A stretch of DNA of 64,000 nt from Blastocystis sp. ATCC 50177/Nand II (lineage: Eukaryota). Within the stretch, counting starts at the first letter, position 1. Each line of letters starts with the position of its first letter. The translations under genes were made by a program, and so were the position numbers. A model generated the notes under the pieces. That model was not told the DNA's origin. It ran no database searches and saw only the letters and a list, made by a program, of their open reading frames with translations. This document shows positions 49,248 through 62,597 of the stretch, piece by piece. The stretch is taken from contig JBBPEE010000035.1 of the NCBI GenBank assembly GCA_039096935.1, forward strand, positions 62,001-126,000, written 5' to 3'.

Positions 49248-51219
49248 ATGCCCTCGTTGCACATGCTCTCTTTCACGTTTCACTATACTCCTGTTGCACA
49301 CACAGTTGTCTTCACCTGCAACAAGGAAACGCCAATCAACCATCCACTTCATTCTTGAACCAAGCAGAACCCCATCCGTTTCCAATTCTGCAGGATGCGT
49401 TCATACGTTTCCCTCGGGGAACCGTGCTGCTCCGTGCATTTACAGGCGTGCCTGTACTTCCACGACAAAAACAGGAGGACCCTCATTCGGTGTACCTGTG
49501 TAAGTGACTGCCCCAAACGGCTGCTGATTCGCACGACCCCATTCTCTTGGAGTGGCTCGACTGCTTGTTGGACCCGCTTCCTAACCCTGCATAGAACCTC
49601 CGTGACAGCACTCTGTCCGTGGCAAGCAACTCTAGCGAATTCCCCTTTTCCTACACCATTCTTTTAGAAGTCGGTGTTTCGTGGGCAAATTGATTGGCAG
49701 AGGAACTCCGTGCGGGAGAGCGAGAAGCCGATCAAGAAGAGAGTGGGACTCGTGATCGTCATTTCTGTCGTCCCTGGCCGTGGGTGTGAGTCGTAGTGCC
49801 AATCCCCGATGTGGGATCAAGCCAATCACCTTGATTCCTACGAGTTGTTCTTTGACACGAAGGAGCTGCGTTCTATCTGGTACTCCTATCTGCTTCGCTT
49901 TGCTCTACCTGATGCCATCCCTTGTCTCGCTCTCTCCTCCGTGTGAGGCGTAGATCCCGTTTATTCTGCGGAGAATCCTCTCTTCTCCGAGCTTCTGGTT
50001 AAGCTACCCCCGTTCGATGGTGCGCTCACTCCCGCCCCCTCATCCTCGTAGAGGTATCCGAAGCGTATCACCTCTCTCTCCTATGGAGAAAGTTGTGTCT
50101 GTGCTCCATCACGCTCCCAGAGGGTTCTTATTTGCAAGGTGCTCCCCTCGCGACTCGCCAATTAGAGACCCTCGACGAGATCGTGTCTCTTTGCCGTTCC
50201 AACGGGTGGTTGCCTCTCTCTTTGCTCACCGCTAGCGCTGTACTCCTAACCGAAAAGGCCATCGACGACTGTTTCCGCTTCCTTGGCCATGTACTCTTTC
50301 GTCCGCTCCCCGCCGCGCCCTCCGACGCCGCGCCCAACGAGATCTCCCCCTTCCGCGACCCCGCCTTTCCCCTCCTCTCCGCCTGCTACGCCCTTCTCTC
50401 CGCCCTCCTCGCCCTGCCCGGCGACGCGCTCTCCCGTCTGCTCCCCGCCGCCTTTCCGCGCCGCCTGCTCCGCCTGCTCTTCGCGCCCGACCGCCGCGAG
50501 CGTCGCCGCGCCAAGAGCGCCGTGCACCACCTCTACGCCCGTCTCCCCGACCGCCGCGCGGCGCTGCGGCGCGAGCTGCAGTTCCTGCTGCTGGACGCGG
50601 AGCTGGCGCAGGCGGACGGCGTGCAGGAGGCGCTGGAGTTCTACGCCGGCGTGCTGAAGGGCGTGGCGTTGCCCCTGCGCGCCGAGCACCGGGCGTTCCT
50701 GCAGCGCTGCCTGCTGCCGCTACTGAAGCGACCGCAGCTGGGCCAGTGCTTCTGCGGGCTCGACGCGTGCTTCCGCGTGCTGGTGGAGAAGGACGGCGCG
50801 CTGGGCGTGCTGGTAGGGGCGGCGTGGGCGCGTCATGCGTAGATTGTGGAGGCGCTGCTGCGGTACTGGCCGCGGGGCAACATGAACAAGGAGATCGGGT
50901 TTCTATTCTTTCTGAAGACGGTCGTGGCGAACACGGCTCCCGAGCAGCTGCAGCCGGTGCAGAAGCGAATTGTGAGAAGATTGTGCGACTGCTCCCACAG
51001 CATGCACCTTCTGGTGGGTGATCTTGTCGCATTTAAGCGCAGATTGTGGAACGTTCGCTCGAACTCTGGGACGATGTGCGGTTTGTCGAGAACATGAGGT
51101 GTAACCCGGATTTCGGATCCCTCGTGGCCGTCCTACGAGAGAATCAACAATCATATTGGTTCTCTGAACTACAGGATCGCTTTGCCCGTGTCCTCGACAT
51201 TTGTAATTCTAGACTTTAG
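49248..51219 (+). CDS. Protein phosphatase 2A regulatory subunit B56-like; start uncertain
   Basis: PDRRERRRAKSAVHHLY, GVQEALEFYAGVLKGVALPLRAEHRAFL and LLRYWPRGNMNKE. Confidence 0.85.
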
Positions 51220-51351
51220 TTCCCTCCTGTTTCTTTTGCAACCCGTCTCCCATCACATAACTCGCTGATCTCTTTTTCTAAAACGCACAAGCACGTTTAG
51301 GGAATAACCGCGGTTTCACTCTTCTTCAGAAAATACAAGTCTCGCGAACTC

Positions 51352-53480
51352 ATGGTGTCTTTCAGTCTCGTATTTTTGATCGCACTGTCCCTGGCCACTG
51401 CTGGGGAGGACGATCATCACGTTTTGGCTCTCCCGTGTCCATAACCGTCTAGTACAACTCCGGAGATATTCTCTATGCCTGGACGAACCGAGTGCGCCCT
51501 TTTCCGCCCCCATTACCGCTAGATTGGACCCTACCACAATCCCCATGAGACCTATAACTACTTCAAATTCCCCTTTTGCAAGCCGAGAATACCGGACAGT
51601 CTCGCCACCAAAGTTTGGGCGCGTTTCGGTTATTATCGTAGGAGGGAGGCGTGTCCGAGAAGATCGGTGGCTACAAGCTGCAGAACTCCGGCATCGTCTT
51701 CTCGTTCCGACAGGACGTGCAGCGAACCATCCTGTGCACGAGGTAGGGATGGACTATGGCTTTTCACGTAGCGTGCTACCGACCGAGGGCATCTACGACA
51801 TGCAAATGGCCATCGCGAATCACTACTGGTACCAGGTAGCGGCGCGATTATGCCTGAAGGGTAGATGGAGGTCGACGGCCTTCCGATCTGGGCGAAGGTG
51901 GGAGACCTCGACATTTCCGAGGAGCGGTTCCGCGAAATGGAGAGCAAGGGAGTCCCTTCTTTACTTGGGGTTGATCGTAGAGCCATCACGACGTCCTTCC
52001 CGAGAACAGTCTCATCTACACGCACCGCCACTTCTCCTTCGGCTACAACGGAGATCGCATCGTGCAGGTGAACATGACGGCGTCGGACCCGCAGCGCATC
52101 GAGGAGGACAAGCAAGACGGATTGGCGAGGCTTCACGGCTAGGCCGATCATCTACACGTACTCGGCCTCCTGGACGCCGTCGACCATCCCCTACAGCCAG
52201 CGCTTCCGCCGCTACGTCGAGTACAACGACTACGAGGCGCACATCCACTGGTTCAGCATCTTCAATTCCTTCATGATCGTGGTGTTCCTGGCGGGCCTCG
52301 TGGCACTCATCATGCTACGCACGCTCAAGCTGGACTACCTGCGCTACTCCCACAGCATGCCCGACATTAACGACGCCGCCAGCAACGACGACTCCGGCTG
52401 GAAGCGCGTGCACGCCGATGTGTTCCGCTCCTGCCCCCACTACCCGCTGTACTGTGTGCTGATGGTAGCTTCGATCGCACGGCTGGACCGTAGGGCAACG
52501 GCGCGCACATCGCATTCACGCTGGTGGCGGCGCTCGTGGCGATCCTGCTGGTGACGCAGTATCTGGGCCGTGAGCGCGAATGGCGAAACTGACGCGCAGA
52601 CGACCGCGTGATCGTGATCGTCGGCGTGGTGTACGGACTCGGCTTCGTGGTCAACGGCTTCGTGTCCGGCAGCAAGTACAAGCAGGCCTTCTTCCCGCGC
52701 ACCTCGCCCGCCTGGCAGCGCACCATGCTGGCCTCCGCGCTGCTGCTGCCGCGTGGGCGCTCTCCTGCTGCCTAAGGTCTAGTGCTGGGGCTGCTCGGGT
52801 ACGTGCTCATCTCGCTCACCAACCTGCGGCACGGCTGCATCGACGCCTTCCCCTGGTCGGCGCTCTTCCTCTTCCTCCTCCTCTTCTGCCTCCTCTGCCT
52901 GCCGCTCCACGTCATCGGCACCCTCCTCGGCCGCGCGCTCAACGGCAACCCCGCCAACCCCTGCCGCACGGCCGCCATTCCCTCGCCCATCCCAGTGGCG
53001 CCGTGGTACTACCAGCCCTTCTGGATCACCGTGATCAGCGGAATGCTGCCGTTCGGGTCCATCTTCATCGAGATGTTTTTCTTGTTCGCCTCCATCTGGA
53101 GCTACAAGTACTACTTCGTGTACGGCTTCCTGCTCGCCATCCTGACCATCCTGATCATCATCCAGGTGTGTGTCTCCATCGTCGGCAGCTACCTCCTCCT
53201 CAACGCGGAGAACTACAACTGGCGCTGGTCCTCCTTCTGCAGCGGCATGTCCATCGGCATCTACCTGTTCGCGTACTCCGTGTACTTCTACGCCTTCAAG
53301 ACGCACATGAGCGGGTGGGTGCAGGGAATGGCGTTCTTCATCGAGGCAGTACGCATCTCGGGAGGGACTCAGCGTTAGGTGCTGCTCGTGCTTGTCGTGT
53401 CCTTATTCTGTGGTTTCGTTTCCTCCATCGCTTCGGAAGTGTTTATTCGGCGCATCTTCAAGAACATCAAAATCGACTAA
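51352..53480 (+). CDS. TM9SF: Transmembrane 9 superfamily (EMP70) protein
   Basis: PHETYNYFKFPFC, IHWFSIFNSFMIVVFL, DSGWKRVHADVFR, GMLPFGSIFIEMFF, ENYNWRWSSF and C-terminal NIKID. Confidence 0.95.
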
Positions 53481-53532
53481 GGGGGTCATCTGTTATTATA
53501 TTGTATTCCACTCCCTGTTGAACAAACACGCC

Positions 53533-53860
53533 ACAGGTCATAGTCGTCCACGCCCAGCGTCTTCTCTATCGATTCCACCCGCTTCTCAATGGACTGTAGC
53601 AACGATCCTGCGCTCTCCAGATTCTGCTGCGTCTCCGTCAAACAGCGCACGATGCGGGTCAGTTCGTCTATGTGTGCCTTTTTCGACAGTTTGTTGATAT
53701 CTACGCATCACCCGATCTCCGTAGATAAACCGTCTGTCAGCGAGGAGAACTCGGCAAGAAGAGCCTTCTGTCGCTGCAGCACTCCGTCCACCGTCGACTG
53801 GTAGTCGTCCATGTACGGCTTCATATTCGATTCGATGCACTCTCCGCCCTGTTCGCTCAT
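53533..53860 (-). CDS. Small coiled-coil protein (about 99 aa), snapin/BLOC-1 subunit-like; stop probably completed by poly(A)
   Basis: A 30-nt intron (53730-53701) gives ...KPYMDDYQSTVDGVLQRQKALL...LQSIEKRVESI...DYDL, followed by T53533 + GGCG + TGTTTGTT. Confidence 0.6.
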
Positions 53861-53938
53861 GATTCGCTGTGTTTTTCCCGAGAGAAAGCGCTCCCAAAAC
53901 ACCCCCGATTTCCGTTGCATTCAAATCCAAAGGGCAAT

Positions 53939-56900
53939 ATGAACGAGGCTAATACCATTGCTGACGATTTACTGGGAACGAACACGGAGGGCGCCAGGAA
54001 TGGGACCCCCTCCCCGACCCACTCCGTGGATTCGATTCCCAATGTCCCCATGAACGCGGAATCCCTTCGGCTCAACGCGGCTTCCTGGAATCCCTGGGCG
54101 GACCGTGTACAGCAGGTTGGGAACATGGACACTTCCTTCCGCGACGCGTTCAATCGCGTAAATGACGCGTTCACTTTGCCCCAGCAGGGAGGAATGCAGA
54201 GCGAGTTTGACGTGTCGTCCTATCACAAGAAGCCGAGTGTGGACGGGTCGCATGCTTCTCTGGAGCATTCCAATCTGTCGGACTGTGGGCAGTGCAATGA
54301 ACGAATCAAGTGTAGTGAAGTCGGCTTCGTCGACGAAATCTAGCGCCACCACGATCATTATGGGTGATTCCTCGTTTCCACGTATGAGCACTAGATGACG
54401 ACTTTGTGGACCGTGCGGAGGCAGATTGGAGCGAGCACTTCCCCATGGCAGCCTTCGAGCTCGACCCCACGCCGAAGGAGGAATGGGCGAAGCAGGTGCT
54501 GTACAACCACCAGCCCTTCGACAACTCCATCCACTCGGGCAACAAGGTGATCGATCCGCGCGTCTACTTCGCCATCCGCAACCCCTCCGAGCAGGAGATG
54601 CGCAGCATGCTCAACGGCCTGTCCTTCGAGACGCAGTACCTGGGCGAGACGCAGTCCACCACCCGAACCCAGTTCAAATCCAACCGCCGTCCCAGCGAGG
54701 CCTTCGGCACGCCCGCCGTGGCGCTGTCCGACATCCTCGCCGCGCGCCAGACCCTCAGCCGCAGCGGGCTCACGCCGGTGGACCCGAGCAAGCCGGACGT
54801 GGCGCAGCAGCAGCAGAACCGCGTCGTGGAGGCCTACCTGGCCGAGGCGGACCGGCTGTCTGTGGAGTCCAAGGTGTCGAAGCTGTCTGAGGTGTCGAAG
54901 CTGTCTGAGACGGTGGAGGCGGCGGAGACGGTGGAGGCGAATCCGAACGACCAGACGATCGCGCCGCAGTTCGAGGTGCGGCTGGGCGAGGGCGCGTCCT
55001 CCGTGTCCGCCACGCAGATCGACCTGGGCGACATCCAGGCCAACGTGCCCTCGCTGCGGCCCGGCGCTGCCACCGCGCCCGTGGTGGAGCTGCAGCCCAG
55101 TCGGGACTCCTCGCTCTTCCTGCAGCCCTCGCTGTACGAGGTGCCCGGGCTACCCTCGCTCTCCGCCACGCCATCTCCGAAGGTGTCGTCGCCCGTGAAG
55201 GCTGTGCAGCCTGTGCAGCCCGTAAAGGCTGTGCAGCCTGTGCAGCCTGCGCAGCCTATGCCATCTGCATCATCCACACAGCCTGCGCAGCCTATGCCAT
55301 CTGCATCATCCACACAGCCTGTGGGTTCTATGCCATCTATGCAATTCATGCAGCCTGTGCCATCCACACAGCCTGCTCAGCCCGTGAACCTTGTGAGTTC
55401 TATGCCCTCTGATCACTATGGGAATCCTCTGACTCCTGCGAGTCCCCTGGATTCTGTGAAGCCCCTCCTCCCCACATCGCCAGCGCCACCACGCCTGACG
55501 CCCGAGGCGGCCCCCACGCCCTCTCTGCCGCCAGCCCCCGCGGAGGAGGCGCCCATCCTGGCGGGCTCCATCGACCTGCTGCAGGCGCCGCTCGCACAGC
55601 CCCGCGCCGCGCTCGACGCCCAGTCCACGGGCGCCGTGGCCGCCGGCTCGGACGCCGATCTCATGGCCGCGCTGCTCTTCGGCGACGCCGCGGACCGCCG
55701 CCTGCTGCAGGAGCCTTCCGAGCGCTCCGCCTTCTCCGCCGCGCCCAGCGCCGCCGGCAATCTCAAAGACAATCTCAAAGACAATCTCACAAGCAACGCC
55801 ACAGGCAACGCCACTGGCAATGCCACAAAGAACACCACAGTCAGCCAGGCGAGCAACCGACGGGCAGAGGCCGTGCCAGCAGTGCCCTCGCCGCTGTACA
55901 GCTCGGGGTCACCGGCGAGCCGCCCGTCGACGTCGTCGCTGGCGCAATCGGCGGGCTTCAGCATCGGCGGCGTGGGCCTGAGCGGGGCGACTGACGCGTA
56001 GGAGGGACCCGAGGCGATCCGCGTGGAGAAGGCGGGTAGGCGTGCTGACGGCGACTGACACATAGACCGGCAATGCGTAATCGGCTCGTCGCCACTGGTG
56101 GCCTTCGGCTGCGTGAAGCTGCAGACGTGCGCGCAGCGGCGCTACACCATCCGGAACTGCTCCGCGGACCTGCTGATCCTGGACTGTTCCATCGCGACGC
56201 TGGACAACACGCCCTCCTCCGTGTTCTCGCTGCAGACCGCCAGCCACCTCGCCCTGCAGCCCGGCGAGGTCACCACGCTGATCCTTGCCTATGCGCCGCA
56301 CGCCGTGCAGGAGGACGTGGCGCTGCTGAAGCTTCAGCCCGCCGACCCCGCGCAGACGCGCCACGCCGTGTGCCTGCTGGGCTTCGGCGGCCAGTGCCAC
56401 GCGGAGGTGGCGCTGAAGGACAAGGTGATGATCAGCAACACGGGCGACCGCACGGCCTGTTTCTTCCTCGTGGACGGCTCCAAGAAGGACTTCTCGCTCG
56501 TGCGCGGGTCCGCCGTGTTGCCGCCATATTTCATGCTGCCGCCCATGATGGAGTTCGGCGTGGACCCCCAGGCACTGTACGCCGAGTGGCAGCAGCACAA
56601 GGTGCGGGCGCGGCGCGGCGCTGAGGCGTAGATCCCCGCGGTTCTCCACGTGCTGGCGGTCGACAACGTGCTGCGGCGGCGCTTCCTTCTGGGCGTGAAC
56701 CGCAACGCGCTGATGCGCGCGAGCAACCACCTCGAGCTGCTGCTGTACGCGGCGGCGCGCGAGTCCAACGACGCCTCCGCCACGACGCGCAGCCTGCTGA
56801 AGACGATGGCTCCGGCGGGCGAGGCGGGCGTGGACATCATGCGCGATTGCGACGACGGCGAGCGCGTCAGCGACCTGGACCGGCTGGGCGGCGGGCGCAC

Positions 56901-58236
56901 GCACTACGAGGACCTGCACATGATGGCGGGCAACTGCCTGCGACGGTCCGTCCGCGTGGACACCCTCGACCGACCGCCCCTCCTTTTGGGGAGCACGCAG
57001 CCGTTGCCTCAAGGCTTGCCTCAGGCGTTGCCACAAGCACTATCACAGGGATTGCCTCAAGGCTTATCACAAGGATTGCCTCAAGGATTGCCTCAAGGCT
57101 TATCACAAGGATTGCCTCAAGGCCTGGAGGAGGGTCTGTACGGGCGAGGCGCGGGGCAGGAGGCGCCGCTGCAGCCGCGCGTGGCGGAGCACAAGTACCA
57201 GTGCCCGCTGACCGACCCCTACGACCGGCTCCTCTTCGAGCAGCGTATGGACGGCGCCCCGCCCACTGCCCCAGCGGTCGCAGCCAACCCCAGCGCAGCA
57301 GGCATGGCAGGCATGGAGGACACTGCGGAGGCGGCGGGCGACAAGTTCAACATCTCGCCGTCGATGCTGTACCTGACGTCGGACATGCTCTCGCCCTCCG
57401 AGTGCCGCATCTGCAACTTCTCCGCCGCGCGCCTCCGCTTCCAGGTGGTCAGTCCGCCGCAGGAGCTCGACGTCAAACCGCTCGCCGGCACCATCGAGCC
57501 CTACTCCACCGCCGTCGTCCTCGTCGAGTGCGCGTCGCGGCGGGGGCTCATACGTAGGCTCTCGCGGTACGGGCGCGCCGGCAGCAGCCAGGCGGTGGCG
57601 CTCGCCATCTGCGTGGGCAGCGTGACGCGCCGCGTGGAGGTGCGCATCCAGAACCTGACGGGCAACGCGCCCGAGGTGGTGGTGGAGGACCCCACGCACT
57701 CGCTCAACGCGCCCTTCGTGCTGCCCGACGCCCAGCAGTACGCCGCCTTCCCCTACACCTCCCCCCAACCCCTGGGCATGCAACAACCCCTGGGTATGCA
57801 ACAACCCCTGGGTGTACAGCAACCCCTGGGTATGCAACAACCCCTGGGAACCACAACGACCATGGGGAACACTCCGAATGGCACCGTGCAGACGGGAGAT
57901 GCGGACTCCTTCCGGTACGTGGGCGGCGTGACGCGGGCGGAGGTGACGGTGCACAACAACTTCGTGTCGATTCCCGCGGGGATGCGCGAGAGACGGGAGT
58001 TCGTGGCGTTCGTGAGCAACCACTCGCAGAAGCGAGTGGTGGTCAGCGTGAACCAGCTGCTGCCACCCTTCTCGTGCGACATTCAAGACGCGGTCGTGTC
58101 TCCGTAGGCGATGCGGGGAGATGTGATGGGTAGGAGAAAGAAGGGGAAGATCCGATTTATGTATACTCCCATGCCCCCGTATGCTCCCGCTAGCTGCAGT
58201 CTTGGCGGTTCCATCTCCTTTGCGGAGAATGTTTAG
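53939..58236 (+). CDS. Large protein with a disordered N-terminal half and ASH/PapD-like domains; Cep192/Spd-2-like
   Basis: LLGFGG...ISNTGDRTACF resembles the Spd-2 domain motif L.GYGG...NTGSRAAF. Further ASH-like units: CRICNFS...KPLAGTIEP and VSNHSQ...PPF. Confidence 0.55.
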
Positions 58237-58288
58237 TTTTTCTTTCAGTCCTGTTTGTTCTCCTTCCGTGCTTCTAGTTGACAGAGAC

Positions 58289-60056
58289 ATGGACCCGAGT
58301 CAGACACTGGCAGCAGAAACGCTGGTCGAAGGCCAACTGCGTCAGTTGCTTACGTACTCCCAAATGGCATGCAAATTCTGTATAGAATTAGTAACGAACT
58401 TGAGGATGAGAAGGACATCGAGCACAAACAGAGCATTATCGAGTATCTGAACGGTTTGCTGAATACGTGGATCCGCTCTGTATTCAAGGACATTGTGTGC
58501 CACAGAGACGGTGTGTAACGTAGGGATATGACGAGGAGGTCGTGAACAATGCGAAGGGCTACGTTTTCCTGTACGGCTCTCTTGCACTCGGCGTCAGCTC
58601 CACTTCCTCCGATATTGACTTGTCCTGGTGACTCTTCTCCGTTATCCGTAGACTCTGCGTTGTTCCGGGCTCCATTTCGGAGGAGGACTACTTCTCGTCC
58701 TTTTACTCGTTCCTCTCCAAGGAACCGAGAATCATGAGCGTCACTGCGATCCCTCTCGCGTTCGCCCCATGTCCCTGTTTGACCTGTAGCTACGTCCCTC
58801 TGATCACCGTTGAGATTGACGAGATCAGTGTGGACCTTCCTGTCGCCTTCATCGACGCCTACCCCACTGTTCTCCCCGACACGTTTTCCATTTTGGACGA
58901 CTCCATCCTGAAGGATGTTTCCGTGAATGTACTCTTCTCTACTGCTATTGATCGTAGACAATGAACTCGCTGAATGGTCCCCGTGTTGCGCTGACCCTTC
59001 TGAAATTGGTGCGCAACAACGACACATTTCGGATTGCCTTTGCAGCGATCCGCCTTCTCGCGAAGGTGATTCCCTCCCACGAGGCTGACGTGTAGCAGCG
59101 CTGCTTCTACAAGAACGTGTTCGGCTACTTCGGCGGAATCAACATCGCTATCCTCCTCATCGCCATTCAGCAGAATCATCCCAACGCCTCCGTCTGCCAG
59201 CTGATCCAGTTGTTTTTCGACGTCTACTCCTGCACCCTCGGCGATACCCCCATCCAGCTCACCGAGGTGGCAAATCGACCCGATCTGCATTTCGACGAGT
59301 ACATGTGGCGCAACAACCCCAAGAGCGAGAGCGACGTCCTGGCCATCCTCACGCCCGTGTATCCCTGCACCAACTCCACGCACAGCGTCTACCAGTCCAC
59401 GCTTTGCCACATCCAGACCCAGCTTCGCTTCGCCGCCGACTGTTTCCGCCGCGTTTGCGCGGGCGACGAGGTGACTTCGCGCCACGCCCCTCACCGCTAG
59501 GCGCTGCTGACGCTGTTCGCGCCGTTCCCCTTCTTCACAGCGCACGACGTGTACGTGCGCGTGGGCGTGCGCGCGGCGTACCGCGAGCAGTTCGAGCAGT
59601 GGCGCGGTTGGGTGGAGAGCAAGTAGTCGCTATGGGCGTGTGCGACGTAGGCTGCGGCTGTTCGCCTTCTTCATCCAGAAGACCGGCGAGCTGCAGGCCT
59701 GCGTGTACCCCAACGTCTGCGAGCCGCGCGCGTACGACCCCTACGAGAACGCTGCGGACGCCTACGGACGGGCCAACGCCTGCGAGTTCTTCATCGGCAT
59801 TGACGTGTCGGCGGGGGTGCGGGCGACGGGGCAGCTGGACCTGTCGCGCGCGGCGAGCAGCTTCATCGACATCCTGCGGGTGTGCGAGCCGAGGGCGGGA
59901 GTGAGGCGTAGACAGCAGGAGGAGGGCATGGAGTGCACGCTAAAGCTGCTGCGGAGAGAGGAGCTGGGCATGGAGACGCCGCCTATCCCCGAGGCGTGGC
60001 GCGCCATCGAGAAGGACGAGGACTTGGTGGAACTGTACTCTTCGTCGCTTTGTTAA
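58289..60056 (+). CDS. PAP: Canonical-type poly(A) polymerase, divergent
   Basis: After splicing: LYGSLALGVSSTSSDIDLLCVVP, AYVPLI...VDL, SLNGPRV, YKNVFGYFGGINIAIL, ILTPVYPCTNST and GWVESKLR. Confidence 0.9.
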
Positions 60057-60066
60057 CAAACACGCC

Positions 60067-62367
60067 ACTTGTGACACTGCTTCAGACTCTCCTTCATGCA
60101 CTTCGCCAGCCACTTCGCCGACGGCACGCCCACGTTGTCGCTCAGCTGCCGCGCCTTCTCCGCCAGGCCCTCGCTCACCGTCTTCAGCGACGCCGGCGCG
60201 AACTCCTGGATGAACGCGCAGTCCAGCGCGAACGCGTGGTACCCGTCCTCGGAGAACTACGCCTCACGCCCCAGCCCCGCCCGCACGTCACGCGGCTTCA
60301 GCGCCGCCCAGCGCTTGTCCTTCGCCATCACCGAATAGATCGCCTACCCATAACGCCCCGCTCTTTGGCACACCGTAAACACGGCCTTCTTCATCATGCT
60401 GAAAGAGGCTGGCGGCATCAGCTTCTCGCACTGCTTCAGCACGTACAGCAACTGCTTCACCGCGGTTATCGTCGCCGTCTGAGGCGCTGTCGCCGGCTCC
60501 TTGAGCTGCGCCTGCGGTGAAGGACGCTCAGAACCGCGGGAAAGGATATGTACAAAGTGGGGTCGAATTTGGCAACGGCGATGAAGGAGGAGCAGATGGT
60601 CTGGAACAGGAAGACGGTCTGGTTGCGCAGCGCCGCCTTAAACTACGCTCACACCCCCGTCGCTGCCAAACCCGATCAAAGCAGGCGGCAAGCGCCGTGC
60701 CGTGATAGCCCATGCGCGTCACGAACTGGAAGGACAGATACGGCAAGAAGTCGGTATTCCAGAAATAGAGGTCATTTAGCGGCACGGCCAGCTACGCCTA
60801 ACCCTCGCCTGCGACCCGCACGCGCGCATTCGCCTTGTCGCGCACCCAGCGCTGGTACACGCCGCTCTCGTGCGCCGCGAAGGCCTCGAACCCCTTGCCC
60901 AGCGTGCCGGCCACGAAGGGCAGCAGCGCCGAGTCCAGTAGCAGCGGACAGGCCTGCACGAAGGGCGCCAGCGTCGCGTACACCGCCGCGGCGTGGGTGC
61001 TCACCTCGCGCTTCTCCAGGCCCAGCGCGGATTTGAAGGAGATGGCGGTGGTGGCGGCCTCGGGCGCGGGCAGCGCCTTCACCTGCGTCTGCAGTGAACA
61101 GAAAGAAGCGCTCTAACGAGGATGGTGTGGAAGACGGCCTCCACGACGGCGCCGACCTTCTCGCCGAGCAGGCGCACGATGCATTCGTCGATGGAGCAGC
61201 CCACGTCGCCCAGCTACGCCTCACGCGCCCGCGCGAGTCCCACGATGGCCGCACCGCGCAGCAACGGCGTGATGCAGGAGGTGAAGGAGGCGAAGGCCTC
61301 GGGCGTCATCACCGCCTCGTCGCGTTCGCCCAGTGCCTGCGGGTGAGGTGCAGCACGACGCCTACCATCAGCAGAATCTTCTGGATGAACGCCTCGATCT
61401 CGCGGGTCAGCCAGGACAGGCAGATGCCGAAGGAGGCGCGGCTGCCTTCGGCGCCGAACAGGCTCTGGTAGTTGACCACCGTGTCCTGCAGGCACTCGAA
61501 GAACAGGTCCGCCAGGCCCTCGATCAGCGAGGGAATGTCACCGCAGGGCTTCACCAGCCGGTGGTGCGACGCGATCTCCTCACTGGCGCGCTTCAGGTAC
61601 AGCACGCTTGCCTCGCGGTCACGGCCCAGGCCGCACAGCAGGCGGCAGATGCGGCGGCGGTCCGAGCGCGAGCTGTCCACGGAGAAGAGCTCGCCCACCA
61701 GTTTCGTCACAAGCAGCTCCGATTTGGCAGAGAGCTACGCATCATGGCGAGGAGGTGTGTCGACCTTGGTCTGCAGGTCCATCAGGAGGGGATTCGACGA
61801 CACGTCCACGGAAGCGAGCTCGTTTTGGGCGCGGATGGACAAGTCAACCGCCTCGGTGAAGCGACGCTATCGGTCATGGGATGAAAGGGAGGCCACCTGG
61901 AAGACAAACAGATCGATGTCGTCGCAGACCGTTTTGATCCACGCCAAGTTGTCGGGAATCACGAGCGCTTTTATGTCAATGTCCAGCTCTTCCGTCTCTT
62001 CAATGGTCAGAGAAGTGTCCTACACCAGAACAAAGGTAAAATGCAGCCCACCTTCAGATTTTCGAGGACCTTGTATGTGCGAGTGAGATTCTTCTTCAGC
62101 TGTTCCATAGCGTCGTCCATCTTCTGAATTTCGGCGGAAAATCCTATGAACTCTGTGTAGTGGTCGAATACGCTTTCCTTCAGAGACGACTCCGTATCGT
62201 ACTACGCAATCACGCGTCCCCAGAAGATGGATTACTTTCATCTGCTCCAACTGACGGCTAAACCCACGGTATTGGTCTCTTGTCTCTTTCGTGAAGAAAC
62301 TCAAAGCCTCATCCTTCGCGTTAAACGCGGGATTGGCGTAGTGGTTGATCATCGTTACATCCGCCAT
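60067..62367 (-). CDS. EXO84: Exocyst subunit Exo84-like; stop probably completed by poly(A)
   Basis: Vps51/Exo84-type N-terminus (YANPAFNAKDEA). LLCGLGRDREASVLYL...GDIPSLIEGLADLFF...SWLTREIEAF. Ends QCHK + T60067 + GGCG + TGTTTGTT. Confidence 0.75.
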
Positions 62368-62597
62368 TTTGCAAGATTTTGCTGGCTGGAATCACGCAGT
62401 CGAATTCTTGGGATATGTGGGATTCCTTCCTGTGTTGTGATTCCCTTTCTATTGTGTTTGAAAGCAGTGGAATAGATGATTCGGAGCCGCAGCCCCACCA
62501 TGGATTCATGCACTCCTCATTCCCTTCATACTAGGATTCGGTGATACTAGGGGAGCTCCAACGCAACACGAAAGAAGAACATTAACGCGTTATCGAA

